Source of the DNA: Nageia nagi | Lineage: Eukaryota > Plantae > Pinophyta | Reading direction: 5' to 3' | Length of the DNA: 64,000 nucleotides | Assembly: GCA_050084985.1 (NCBI GenBank) | Contig: JBITNC010000001.1 | Location: 99,200,001 to 99,264,000, forward strand | Shown here: positions 24,358-36,710 of the stretch, piece after piece | Layout of the letters: every line of letters begins with the position of its first letter | Position numbering within the stretch: the first letter of the stretch is position 1 | Program-made: the position numbers and the translations under genes | Notes under the pieces: generated by a model | The model's database searches: none | Told to the model about the DNA's origin: nothing | The model's input: the letters and a program-made list of their open reading frames with translations, nothing else

Positions 24358-27300
24358 ATGGCCATCCCAAGACATGTAACAAGAGCTTTTGGAAACCTAC
24401 AACAAGGTGTAGGGAATGGTCTCCATATGAATGCTAATGCAAGGGAAAATAAAATAAACATTATAGGTCAAAATGCAAGGAGCATAATAATGAGGAATAC
24501 TAATATAAGGGTACATAATAAAGATGAAAATTAGAGTTCTACAAGTCATTTCAGTAGGAACAATGAAGGTGAAGAAGCCATCAAAAGGTTACAAGAGTAG
24601 GTGATAGAACAACAAGAGATTATCAATAATCTACTAAATGAATGGGCTAAATCTTCATAAGAAGAACATGTTCTAGACAAACCCAAGGCCTGAAGGGACA
24701 AATAATCAAATCTAGTCAAGGATTGAATTGGATCTTACTTTAGATATTAAGAAATCATAGATCCCAAAGTTTAATGGTAAGTAAGAGGGTGAGTAAGCTG
24801 AAGTATTGTTAGAAGAAGCAGAGACATACTTCTCTATGAAGAACTTATCTTCAAAAACCAAAACTATGTGGGATACCTACAATTTTTAGGATCGTATACT
24901 ACAATTGTGGAATGCTTACAAGATTAAGCATGGGATTGAGTATCCTAGGTGGCCAAATTTTGTTGCAGCATTTTACAAAAGATTCATTCTCCAAATCTAT
25001 TATGCTAGAAAGTATGAAGAATACTATACTCTGTAATAAGGATCCATGAGTATCCAAAGCTACCATCAAAAATTTGTTAGGCTACTCAAATATGTTCCTA
25101 AATATAAGAATCATATGAAGGTTCATAGGTTTATTATTAGGCTAAACCCCAAGATCAAGATTGTGGTAAATATATTGAGTCCCAAAATACTCAAAGAAGC
25201 ATATGACCTTGCAAAGAGAGAAGAGGGCAATTAGGGCATCAATAAAACCTTTATAAACTATAATCTTCTGGATGAAAAAGTTAATGAAATATATTGAAAG
25301 ATTAAAAGTGCAGGATTCTTGAAATTGGAATAAGAACATCAAGTACAACATCTAAGCAATAAGAAGATAAAGGATAATAATCATGGTTATAAAGATGGAA
25401 ATCAACCCAAGTTTGAGAAAAGGCCATTTGGAAACAAAAATAATAAGAAGAAAAATTTTGAGAGGAAAAATCAATAGTTTAATAAACAAAACTATAACCT
25501 TAGGAATGGAAGCCAAGGTTCTAGGAATCATAGCTAAGTGTTTTCAGACAAAAGAGCTAATAAAAATGTAACAAAGTATAAGTCCTTGGAACAAAAAAAG
25601 GGTCCTAAGGATGGATGTTCAAACTATGGTGGAGCTCATTATGCAAATTAGTATCCTTTGAAGGTAGATCATTTCAAAGAGCATCATATTTTTGTAGCTA
25701 CTAGACCAACATAGACCAAAGGACAAGCCACTCCCCTTCAAATTCTTGGTAAATTCTTTAACAAATATTTTAGGGTTTTGATAGATTATGGTGCTACAAA
25801 TAGTTTTGTTTCAAATTCCTTAGTTAAAGACATGTCTAAGGCACCAAAATTCTTGACAAATAGATGGAAAGTGGAGTTTAGGTCTAGATAAAAATACCTT
25901 GTTAGATAATATTTTAGGGATGTTGAAATAGAATTACCCAAGGGATCTACTATTTGGGATTTATGTGTCATCCCCTTTTCCTTTTATGATATCATTTTGG
26001 GCATGGATTAGTTAATGGATCACAAATCTTTAATTGAATTTTAAGAAATATGGGTAGAATACATTGATGAGTCTCAAAATCAATATAGGGTATATAATGA
26101 TTAAGGACCTTTTAAGCCTTACTTGATCACAACCATGTAATTTAAAAGAGATGTAAGAAAATGGGAGATGATATATGTAGTTAAGGCTAAGGAGGTGGAA
26201 TAAAATGAAAAGGATGTAAAAATGTTAAACAAGTACCCTTTATTATGATAATACAAAGATGTATGCCTTGATGACCTACAAGGGTTACTCACAAAATAAG
26301 AATTTGATTTCTTAATAGACTTGATACCTAGAGCAAAGCCTATTTCTAGAACTCCATATAGGATAAACACTATTGAGATGAAAGAGCTAAAGTTACAATT
26401 ATAGGATCTCTTAGAAAAAGGATTGATAAAACCTAGTGTATCACCATAGGGTGCTCTAGTGTTATTTGTAAAGTAGAAAGATGGTACCCTAAGGTTGTGC
26501 ATCTATTATAGGATGCTAAATAAAGTCACCATTAAAATAAGTATCTACTACATAGGATTTAGGATTTATTTGATCAGCTTAAGGATGTTGCTATCTTTTT
26601 AAAGGTATATTTAAGATTGAGATACCACCAATTAAGGATCAAGACTTCAGATACTCATAAAATAACTTTTAAAACTAGGTATGGAAATTAATAGTTTACA
26701 GTACTACCCTTTGGATTAGCCAATGCTCCTCCAAATTTCTTCAATCTAATAAATAATGTGCATCAAGAGTATCTCGATAAGTTTATGTTGGTATTTCTTG
26801 ATGATATCCTCATATATTCAAGAAATGAGGAGGAGCATAACCATCACTTGAGAATGGATCTAGAAGTGTTAAAAAGAAATCAATTATATGGAAAATTGTC
26901 AAAATGTAAATTTTATGTCTCATGAATCTAGTATCTAGGCTATATCATCTCTACAAATGATATGTTAGTCAACCCTAAGAAAGTGAAAGCAGTAATGAGT
27001 TGGTAAACACCAACAAATGTGACTGGGGTAATATGTTTTATGGGTTTAGTTGGATATTATCAAAGGTTTGTCAAGGATTTCTCCAAAATAGCCAATCCCA
27101 TCATGAGCCTTTAGAAAATGGATAAGGTCTTCAAGTGGATGAAAAAGTATGAAAAGGCTTTTACTATCCTAAAAGAAAGGCTTACCACAACATTTGTTAT
27201 CACCATACTTGATCCACATGGTGATTTCTCAGTATGCATAGATGCTTCAATTGAAGGTTAGGGTGGTGTTATCATAGAATGAAAAATATGTAGCATACAA

Positions 27301-29018
27301 ATCTAGGAAATTAACAACTCATGAGCTGAATTATGCAACTCATGAGCTTAATAACTTCATAGCTATAATCCAAGCACTTAATATTTGGATACACTATCTA
27401 TTAGGAAAACCCTTCAAACTTGAGATAAATCATCAAAGTTTAAAGTACTTATTCACTCGACCAAATTTAAATGCAGGCAAAGGAGATGGATGGAGTTCTT
27501 AGTTGAGTATGATTTTAGCATTGAATACATTAAAGGGAAAGATAATAAGGTGATATATGCTTTAATCCATTGATAACATGTCAATGCCATGATAAGTATT
27601 CAATTTGATTTTTTTGATCAAGTAAAAGCTCTATAGTAAGAAGATCCATATTGTAAGTCTATTCAAGAATTGATAGGGAAAGGTACTCCACCATCCCAAG
27701 ATTTTGTTGAAAAAGATGGAATCCTTTATTTTAAGGATAAATTGATCATCTTTTTAAGGAATTTAATCATGAAAGAAGCCCATTGACCTCCTTATGTAGC
27801 ACACCTTGGAGGTACAAAAAATGAGAGAGGACCTAAAATAAAAATTTTATTAGGATAGTATGAAGAGAGATATAGTAGAATTTATAGATAGATGTCTTGA
27901 ATGTTAGAAGGAAAAAGTAGAGCAACAAAATCTAGGTGGATATTTATATCCCCATGATGTTCCTACATAGAAATGGTAGGTAATTTTGATAGATTTTATT
28001 ATTGGTTTTTTGAAAACTAGGTTCCATCATGACTCAATTTTGGTTATTGTTGATAGATTGAACAAGGTAGCACATTTTATACCTAGAAATACCACTAATT
28101 ATTCCCCTACTATGGCAAATAAGTTTTCCTATGAAATCTTTAAATTATATGGGTTTCCAAAGGTGATCATCTCAAATAGGGATTCAAAGTTCACCTTCAT
28201 TTTTTGGAAATCATTACACAAGGCATTGAGAATAAAATTAAACTTGAGTTTTGCATATCATCTAGAGATAGATGGATAGAATGAATGTGTGAATAGAGTT
28301 CTTGAGAATATTCTCAAAATGTATTGCATGGAACAAAAGACTAAATGGGAGGACTATCTCTATTTAGTCAACTTTATCTATAATAATGGATATCATTCAT
28401 CTTTGGCAATGGCCCCTTTTGAAGATCTATATGGAAGGAGATGCAAAACTTCTTTATCTTTGACAATAGGGAGGATCGAGTAATGATTTAACATGAAATG
28501 TTTAATAAAATGAAGGAGAAACTTAGGTCTATATGATGGAAGCTCAAGGAAGTTATCAATCAATAAAAGAGTTATGTTGACCTTAAGAGAACTCCTTTAG
28601 AATTTTTTATGAGAAATAAAGTTATCTTACAAGTTTGACCCATGAAAAGTGCCATAAAGTCTACCAAATTAGATATTCAATTTTTTCTTTCTTTTGAAAT
28701 AGTTGAGAAGAAGAATCTAATTACTTACAAACTTACCTTGCCATCAAGTTTTTCAAAAATGCATGATGTATTTTATGTCTCATTGTTGAGAAAGTATGTT
28801 GCTAACTCTTCTCATGTGTTGAATTTTTATGACTTGTAGATGTTAGACCCTCAAGTTGTTTAAGTTCTCCCTATTAAAATCCTATCTTTTAGGACTAGGC
28901 AATTAAGAAGTTAGGAGATTAATGAATTCTTAGTCTAGTGGGATAAGTACTTGGAATCTTCTTCCACTCGGGAAGATGAATCTATCATGAGAAGATAATT
29001 TTCTTATTTATTTAAGTG
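24358..29018 (+). pseudogene. gag-pol of the Tekay-like element with C-terminal chromodomain
   Basis: Zn-knuckle relic GCSNYGGAHYAN (~25614); protease LIDYGATNSF (~25778); RT LPFGLANAP and FLDDILIYS (~26794); RNase H DAS (~27241); integrase DFI..VDRL..AHF, ISNRDSKF, YHLEIDG, MHDVFYVSLLRKY; chromodomain PIKIL..RQLR..EFLV*WDKY..STREDE (~28870-29015). Confidence 0.92.
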
Positions 29019-29083
29019 ATTATGTAAAATATTGTTAAACTCTATTGTTTGTATTTAAGAACATATGGGACTATGTTCCTTTT

Positions 29084-29096
29084 AAGGGGGGTAGTA
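29084..29096 (+). promoter_or_regulatory. Polypurine tract
   Basis: aaggggggtagta lies immediately before the TGTAAC that starts the 3' LTR. Confidence 0.85.
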
Positions 29097-31978
29097 TGTA
29101 ACGACCCACACAATTGCACTTATTATGATATGAATACCTTTGAGAATTTGAATGTGATTGAGACTATTTATCTTATGAGATGACTAATTATGAATGGTTA
29201 TATGAAATATTTGTATCAATTTTATGTTGATTTTGAGGTTGTTGTGATACAAGTTACATGTTAACTCAACATGGGAGTCAGGTTAGAGACCATAGGGAAC
29301 CAAATATGAGTTGGCTATGAGAATGGATTGGTAAGAGTGAGGAAATAATTGGTGTTGATTCACTAACATCCCATAGGGACCTTCACAAATCATATAGCTA
29401 GATATCATAATTATTATGCATGATATTTGATCCTTGTGATGAGTTTAATGTTCATATGTGCAATAACAAAATTTACCTTACAATATAGGTAGTCTCCATA
29501 GGTAAACTTGTGTGCTAAAATTTGATGTGCATTTTTGAATTGCTTTGAAAAATTAATTGACTATTTTTTAAAGTTGGAAGGAATATTCCAAATATTTAAA
29601 TTTGAATTTTTCATGGAAGAATTTTAATTTTACAAATAATAAATTCTAGGGTTAGGTGAAACTAAAATTTAGGGATAAGGGACTATTTTGGTATTTTGTG
29701 GTAGTTGTAAGGCTATTTTGGTATTTTGTAAAAATAATGAAAGAACTATCTCCATACAATTTGGTCTTTTATGTTAGGTGTGTAAAATAATTGATAAACC
29801 TTTTACTTACATTTTGGTGCCTAATATGAGGTGTACAAAATATTTTGTAGGACTTGGGACTTAAAACAAATTTGTAAAAATCCTACCACATAATAATAAA
29901 ACTCACCTATCCCTCACGAACAAAAATGTGAGATGGAAAAATAATTATATTTTTGGATGGACTATACCATCCTTTGGTTATAAATACCTAGAAGAACCCT
30001 TAGAAAAATATATCATTCATACACTTCTCCACCTCTACCCAAATATTGGTCTAGAGACCCATGAAGGAACATCTCCCATTCTTCCATGTGCATTCCTTAC
30101 ATTGCAGCCACTAGTGCTAAAGTGCTTAGTCTAAACTTTGAGTTTTATTTGATAATTTTAAAGTGTTTTTGAAGGAGGGAATGGCTTATTTAAGAGTTTG
30201 TGATAATATTAATAAGGTTATTTGTTATTAATTTACTTACATTAATTGTACCATGTGAGATTATAATATGTATAATTATTTGACACCTTTACATGTGAAT
30301 GTATTGTACACTTTGTCCATACTTATATATAAGTATCTAGAGAAAAGATTGAAAAAAATTATGTTAAAAAAAAATTAATGACCTTATAAATTCACGAGTA
30401 TCAAACTTTCGAACATTCTCCCTTTTATATATATATATACATATACATACATTCATTATGGGCCATGAGCCGGTATTCTATCTTGATTTTTATGTGAGGT
30501 ATTCTTGAGCCATTCAAGAGATGGCATAGTTTTTATGAACAACCCTCCAATCAAATGCTTTCCGAACGTAATGTTAGTCGTCACCCATCGCGGTATCTTG
30601 TTTTTTCCTTTATGTCTTGGCACTATCACCATTCTTATAGCCTTAGAAACCCATTTTATTTGAATTAGAATAAAGTCTTAAAAGCTTCGAAATTTGGTCA
30701 TCCACTTTTGCTTTAACCTTACGAAACTCATTAAGGAACAAAATTTTGCATTACATATTTGACACCTGTGTTGGCTTGGAAGGAAGAGAATAGAGCCTAG
30801 CGTGAGCTGAGAGTCTTCCACTGAAATGATGTGTTATCTCTATGCTAGTTTTTGGCCGAGTCTTGCTTGAACACGCCTAGAACATGGTACCATATGAATA
30901 GATATGAATGGAAGAGCCATGTCTCAGAGACACCCTCCAAAATTGAATGTTATTTTTTGTATAATTAAGCTCAGTCTAGCATTTATAATTGCAGGTTTAA
31001 GCTGAAGTATCTGAAATAATTTTTGGGTAATGTGATACACTCACCGTATGTGACCTTAGGAGTACGTCTCCACTGGGGTCTCCAAGATGCATGACAGGAA
31101 CTCTAAAATGTTGCTACACATACCATTCCTATTTGGAAATATTGCATGAAATGAGGCCATTTTTACTTACATAAGGAGTGTGAAAATGCCCTCGTAAGTC
31201 ACTTCTTTAAGTTCAATAAATATGAAGCGAGAGAGAAAGAGCCTCTAAACATAAGTTCTCTCTCCCAAAAAATTCACTTTCATCCCACTCTATCTTAGAC
31301 AACCACAATGTCCCTCGCAAGTTGCTCTAATATCCATGGTAGATAAAGAAAAGCTCCACCAGACGCACTCATACCTCACGTTCCATGGTAAATAGAGAAA
31401 ATCTCCACCAAATGCATTCATACCTAACGTTAAAATTTATCTGGATTTAGGCGAAGACTATAATGAAGGATGAAACGTATACAAAAATCTCAATGCCTCC
31501 TAAGGCATTAAAATGATCTTAAATATTTTTCTTATCTTATTATAGTTGGATTTAATTTATTTAAATTAAGTTTTACAATAAGTTTTATTATAAATTAATG
31601 GGATTTAAAGAGTATTTATGAACTAAAGTAGAACATGATTTGTGTGTCCTTAATGGAGTGTAATTAAAAAATTTATATGATAGTGTTATGGATGAACCAC
31701 GAAGAGTTTAATTGATTATTAGTCTAAAAGAATCTTGTGGAATAATGAAATTAACTAAGAATACTATTTTGAGGAAAAAAACATGTTGAAATGATTGATT
31801 ATTGAAGTATTTTGAGATGATATGTTTGATTATTTTGAAAAATATTTGATAAGTGAAAAATTATTAGAAGTTATGAATAAGTTGAAACTTTACCCTATGA
31901 CCAAGGACATGAGATAGTTCTAGTAAGAATATAAAACCTCCTGAGGTCAAAGAATAGGGTATTAATTGTTGATTATTG
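29097..31978 (+). repeat. 3' LTR (truncated; corresponds to 19163-~22076)
   Basis: Colinear with the 5' LTR until aatagggtattaattgttgat, after which the sequence is unrelated. Confidence 0.9.
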
Positions 31979-31989
31979 ATTAAAAGTAA

Positions 31990-33187
31990 AGATGTAAGAG
32001 AAACTTTCCAAGTATACAGGAGGGTTTGTGATATGTTGCACTACAAAATCTACCAATTGAAAATTATCTTTGTATCATTCATTTCTAGTTCTTAATCATC
32101 GTTGGGAGAGTATTTCAATGGATTTTTCTAGGAGGATTACCCATATCTAAGAAGGGAAATAACTATTTATTTGTGATTATTGATATATTTAGCAAGATGT
32201 GAATTCTTATTCCATGTAAGAAGAGTATAACAGGTCAAGTAGCTAAATTTTTTTTCTCATGCATGGGTTCATTTTGTTTTACCTAATTATATTATTTTAA
32301 ATAAAGATTCTATATTTTTTTAGTAAATTTAAGACTTGTTCATGGGATAATATGGACACTAGGCTAAAAAGGAGAATTGATTTTTATCCTTAAATAGATG
32401 GGAAAATTGTAGTAAATTGAATAGTAGTTCAATTATTGAAGGGCTATTGTGGAAAACATCCACATTCTTAGGATGAGAATATTGCATTTATTCAAAAAAT
32501 TTAAAATAGGGAAATCCATATCTTTACAAATAAAACTTCATTAGAAACATGTTATGGGTATTTACATCCATCTCCTTTTGATTTTATTTTTGGGTAGAAA
32601 AAGGATAATGATATTTTAGTTATGAAAGTAGAATAACACGATGAACATTTTATTTATAGAATAAGGAAAATTCATTTAAAAGTCCAAGAGAAACTCTAAT
32701 ATAGTTAATCCAAATACAAATTGATGCATGAAAAGCATAGGGTTAACCAAAAATTCCAAGTAGGAGATCAGGTTTAGTTGCATCTCAATAAGAATAGGTT
32801 GTAAGGACTAGCCAAGAAGTTTAAGCTCATAAGGTATGTACAATTTCATATTATGTAACAAGTAAGTGAAAATGCATTTAGATTGCTACCTACCTACATG
32901 AATATCTATTCAATCATGAACATGGAGAACTTTAAGTTATTTAAACCACAATTTTGATTAAAAAAGATAAAGGAATAAGTTTAGTTTTAGCATTAGTTAA
33001 TGTCGTATATCCAAATACAATGAATGATCTTAGGGAGGATTCAAATTTGCAAAACAAGGTTCGTAAAACTAGAAGGGGTCAGCAAGAACTATGGTTGATT
33101 GGGTTGAAGGGCCAAATTCCTAGTAAAGCTAAATGGTATGATAAAGCTAAGGTGGGGGAATTGTTTCCTCATCTACTCCATACTTAA
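31990..33187 (+). pseudogene. Integrase fragment of a second Ty3/gypsy family (CRM-like) with a chromo-like C-terminus
   Basis: WESISMDF, GGLPISKKGNNYLFVIIDIFSKM.ILIPCKK, KFQVGDQV.L, ENAFRL, and tail TRRGQQELWLIGLKGQIPSKAKWY...FPHL. Followed by PPT aagggggaggtg (~33215-33226). Confidence 0.8.
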
Positions 33188-33226
33188 GAATTTGTGGGAC
33201 CAAATATCTTTCCCAAGGGGGAGGTG

Positions 33227-33857
33227 TGATCCAAAATGGGTCAATTCAAAAGTTTGATTATCCATGAAATTAGGTTAGTGCAACAAGGATATCTATGCTT
33301 GTAATCAAACATACTCCATGTATTTGGTAATCTAGATTAGTAAGGTGAACATTGTTGACACTATTGAGGCCATTATGAAGGGTACTAATATTTCTCCCTA
33401 CAAAAATGATATCATTTTATTTGAGGATATGAAGTGAGAAACTAAATGATCAAGGTCATTTCAATTACCCATGTTCATTTTGGAATTTGCTTGATCATTT
33501 ATAGGTGGTTTGATACAAGTTCATATTTAGTTTTCTTATTTGAGTCCAATTTATAAGGTTATTGATGTTGTTACTTTTGTTAGCATCATTATGACTATTT
33601 TTGATAGGATTTGATGATTTTATTGATGATATTATGAAGGTTATAGTGTTGCAGAAGTGAGAAGGAGGCTTGTAGGTTATATATTGAAATTATTATTCCA
33701 TATTTTATATATTTGTAATGTTATATTGACCAAAATAATTTTAGAGTACACATTAAAATAGATGTACTCTCACATTGAGAGCAACCAATATAATGTTTTG
33801 AGTCTCATCTATTTGTGTGTGTGCATTTTTACTACTGTATTTCATTTCTAACTTACA
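33227..33857 (+). repeat. Probable 3' LTR of the CRM-like element (end uncertain)
   Basis: Starts TG directly after the PPT. There is no second copy in the window to confirm the end. Confidence 0.45.
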
Positions 33858-34399
33858 ATATTATGCTATGTATATACAATGTTGTATGAGAAATAAAATT
33901 AAGTAAATATATATTTGAATATCCAAGTAATACATGGGCTTATGGGTATTATATATCAATGATCCTATTCCAAATTAGGATTGAAAATTTCAATATTATC
34001 TTAGAATGCCTTAATAGAAGTAAAAATTTATTTAAATATAGTTTTAAATACTAGAAAGTAGTAACATGGGTGAGAAAATACAATTAGCAATAGAAAAACA
34101 AGAGAAAGATGTTATGATCACAAATTTAATTTTCATTAACAAATAATTTAGAGAGGTTTTACAGTTATAAAGGTCAAAGGCTAGGCTAAAATCAAGAAGG
34201 TTTGTTAGAGTATATATAAGAGTTAACATATTCTCATCCTAAGAATGGATTAGGATATGATTTAAATAATGATTAGTTTGATCATTATTATTTAATTTGT
34301 TGTATATTTATATTAGTTAGCATGGCATAGTTATATCACCTTCTTTCTATTCAATTTATAGGATCAAATTTTACTGGATATGTTTACAATTGAAGAGAA

Positions 34400-36710
34400 T
34401 TTTATTAAGTTCCTTAAGGAAAAATAAATGTTACCAAAATCCAATAAAAAAGGATTTTAGAATATGTACTTCATAATGATGCTTAAGTTCTAGATATGGA
34501 AGGGCAATATTTGAGCATATATGAAGATGATTGTCATCAAGAAAAAATAGGTTCTCACCTACTACACTAAATTTATTTGATCTTACTTTAGTATTATATG
34601 GGTATGTATGAAGGTGGTTAATGGAATATATTTATTGTGTAGGGTTATAATTCCTACTTATCCCACCTTAGTTAAGAGATGAATCCATCTTGTTGAATAA
34701 GGAGACAACTAATACCAATTTTAGAAGTGAAAAAGATCTAAGGCCAATCAAAGTAGGATCATGGTTTTCAATAGAAAATATTTTATATATATTTCTTCAT
34801 CTTATGATGATATATCATGTTTAGATCCAAATTTTGTTATAAATAATTTGTCTATTCATTAAGAGAATAAACATTTATAATAGAAATTAATAAATATGCA
34901 TCTTAAATTCACTCTATTACTAAAAAAGTAGAAAATTATCTTAAATATATGTTCATTGGAGAAATAAATGATTACCTTTGAATCTATAACATTATTTTAA
35001 AAGATAATACTAATGGATAATTAAGATTTTTTATAAATTTTAGAGATATTAACAAGGTATTTCTCTCTTCTAAATATAGACACAGAAGTACATGTTATGC
35101 TTTCATTAATGAATATTTTTATAGGTTATAATTATATTAGAATCAATACAAAATTATTAACATAAAATAAATTCATCACTCCATAAGCATGTTTTACTAT
35201 GTGGTCATGCCCTTTAGTCTCAAGAATGTTGGGGAAACATATTAGAGATTTATGGTTACCATATTCCGTGATTTTATTATTCATTAATTAGAGTTATATA
35301 TGTATTGTACTATTGACAAATGAAATTAAAGTGAGGATAATTTACAATATTTAAGACATATTTTTGAAAGGCTAAGGTTATACAAGTTAAGATTGAATAG
35401 TTAAAGTGTGCATTTGGAGTATCTTATAAAAAATCATTAGGTTTCATTATTTGAAGAAGAGAAAAATAAGTGAAACCCAATAAAGTTAGCACAATTATGG
35501 AGATAGTGCTTCCATATAATTTTGAATAACTAAGTCTCCACTATAAAATTCAATTAATAAAAAAGTTTATATCTCAACTAGTGAATAGATGTTCTTCTTT
35601 TACTCACCTCCTCAAGAAGATTATAAACTTTGAGTAGGATGATAAATTTTAGAAATATTTTGATTCCATTTAGGATTATCTCTTTAATAATCTAATTTTT
35701 TATCCTTTGTAAGTGGATAACTATTGTATCTCTATCTCTATGGTAAAGCCATAATCAAATCATTAGGTGCAATACTTGTTCAAAAAATGAAAGTAGTAAA
35801 GATAGAGTTATTTGCTACACCAAAAAGAGTTTGATAGATTATGAGACAAGGAAAATCCTAATTTATAAATTAAATTATAATATTATTTTTTCTATAGAAA
35901 TTTTAAGATATAATATGATTAAAAATAATACAAGAAGATCCATTATGGTACATATTATCAAAGCCACATCTTTCAAGAACAATAACCAAAATGGATAATG
36001 TTTACTCAAGAATTTGATCTTGTATTTATTAATAAAAAATGTAGAAATGAAAAGTAATAATATTTTCATAGTTGGTGCTCCTCAAGGTGAAAAAAAATAC
36101 CCTAATTAAATATTTTTTGAATGACTACATAAATCTAGTAAAAGAACAAGACAACACATGGAGCCTATTATTTGATGATTCCAATTTCATTAATGGATTA
36201 GGGGAAATTATATTATTATTTTCTTGGGATAATGATATTTTCCCTATTATATACATGTTTCTCTTTGATTGCATTAACAATAGAGTAAAATATAAGGAAA
36301 TTATCTTTTATCTCAAAGTAGTAATAACATTGAAGATTAAGAATGCCAATATATGTAGAGACTCCAAGTTAGTTATAAACTAAATCAATGAGGTTTATAA
36401 CAATAAAATATGAATTCTCAATCTTATACAAAGAAATATTTTAAGTCTTCTTGATAATATTTTTTATGAATACGAGATTAATAATATCATAAGGAGAAAT
36501 AATAGGTAAGTGAGTTCCATGGCTAGTATAGCTTATATAACCTCCATTAAGATTGAAGATGAAGAGAGCATCCTAAAAATCAAGAATTTGAGTAAGAAAT
36601 AAAACTATTCATTTCTAGTAAAATATTATGGTGATTCTTTTTGGTATAGTAACATATTTGAGTACCTTAATAATAAAACCATTCCTTAGAGTTTGAATAA
36701 GGATGTTGAA
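34400..36710 (+). pseudogene. Highly degenerate Tat/Ogre-like pol fragment (RT, RH, additional RNase H)
   Basis: FITP..YVVMPFSLKNVGETY*R (~35171-35250). Additional RNase H motifs LFDDS..GLG, NNRVKY.., RDSKLVIN in ORF 36072..36383. Confidence 0.75.

Larger units (their letters stand above)
19163..31978 (+). mobile_element. Ty3/gypsy chromovirus (Tekay/Del-like) LTR retrotransposon, degenerate, 3' LTR truncated
   Basis: Direct repeats start tgtaatgacccac (19163) and tgtaacgacccac (29097). PBS at 24233, PPT at 29084, and domain order gag-PR-RT-RH-INT-chromo. Confidence 0.93.
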
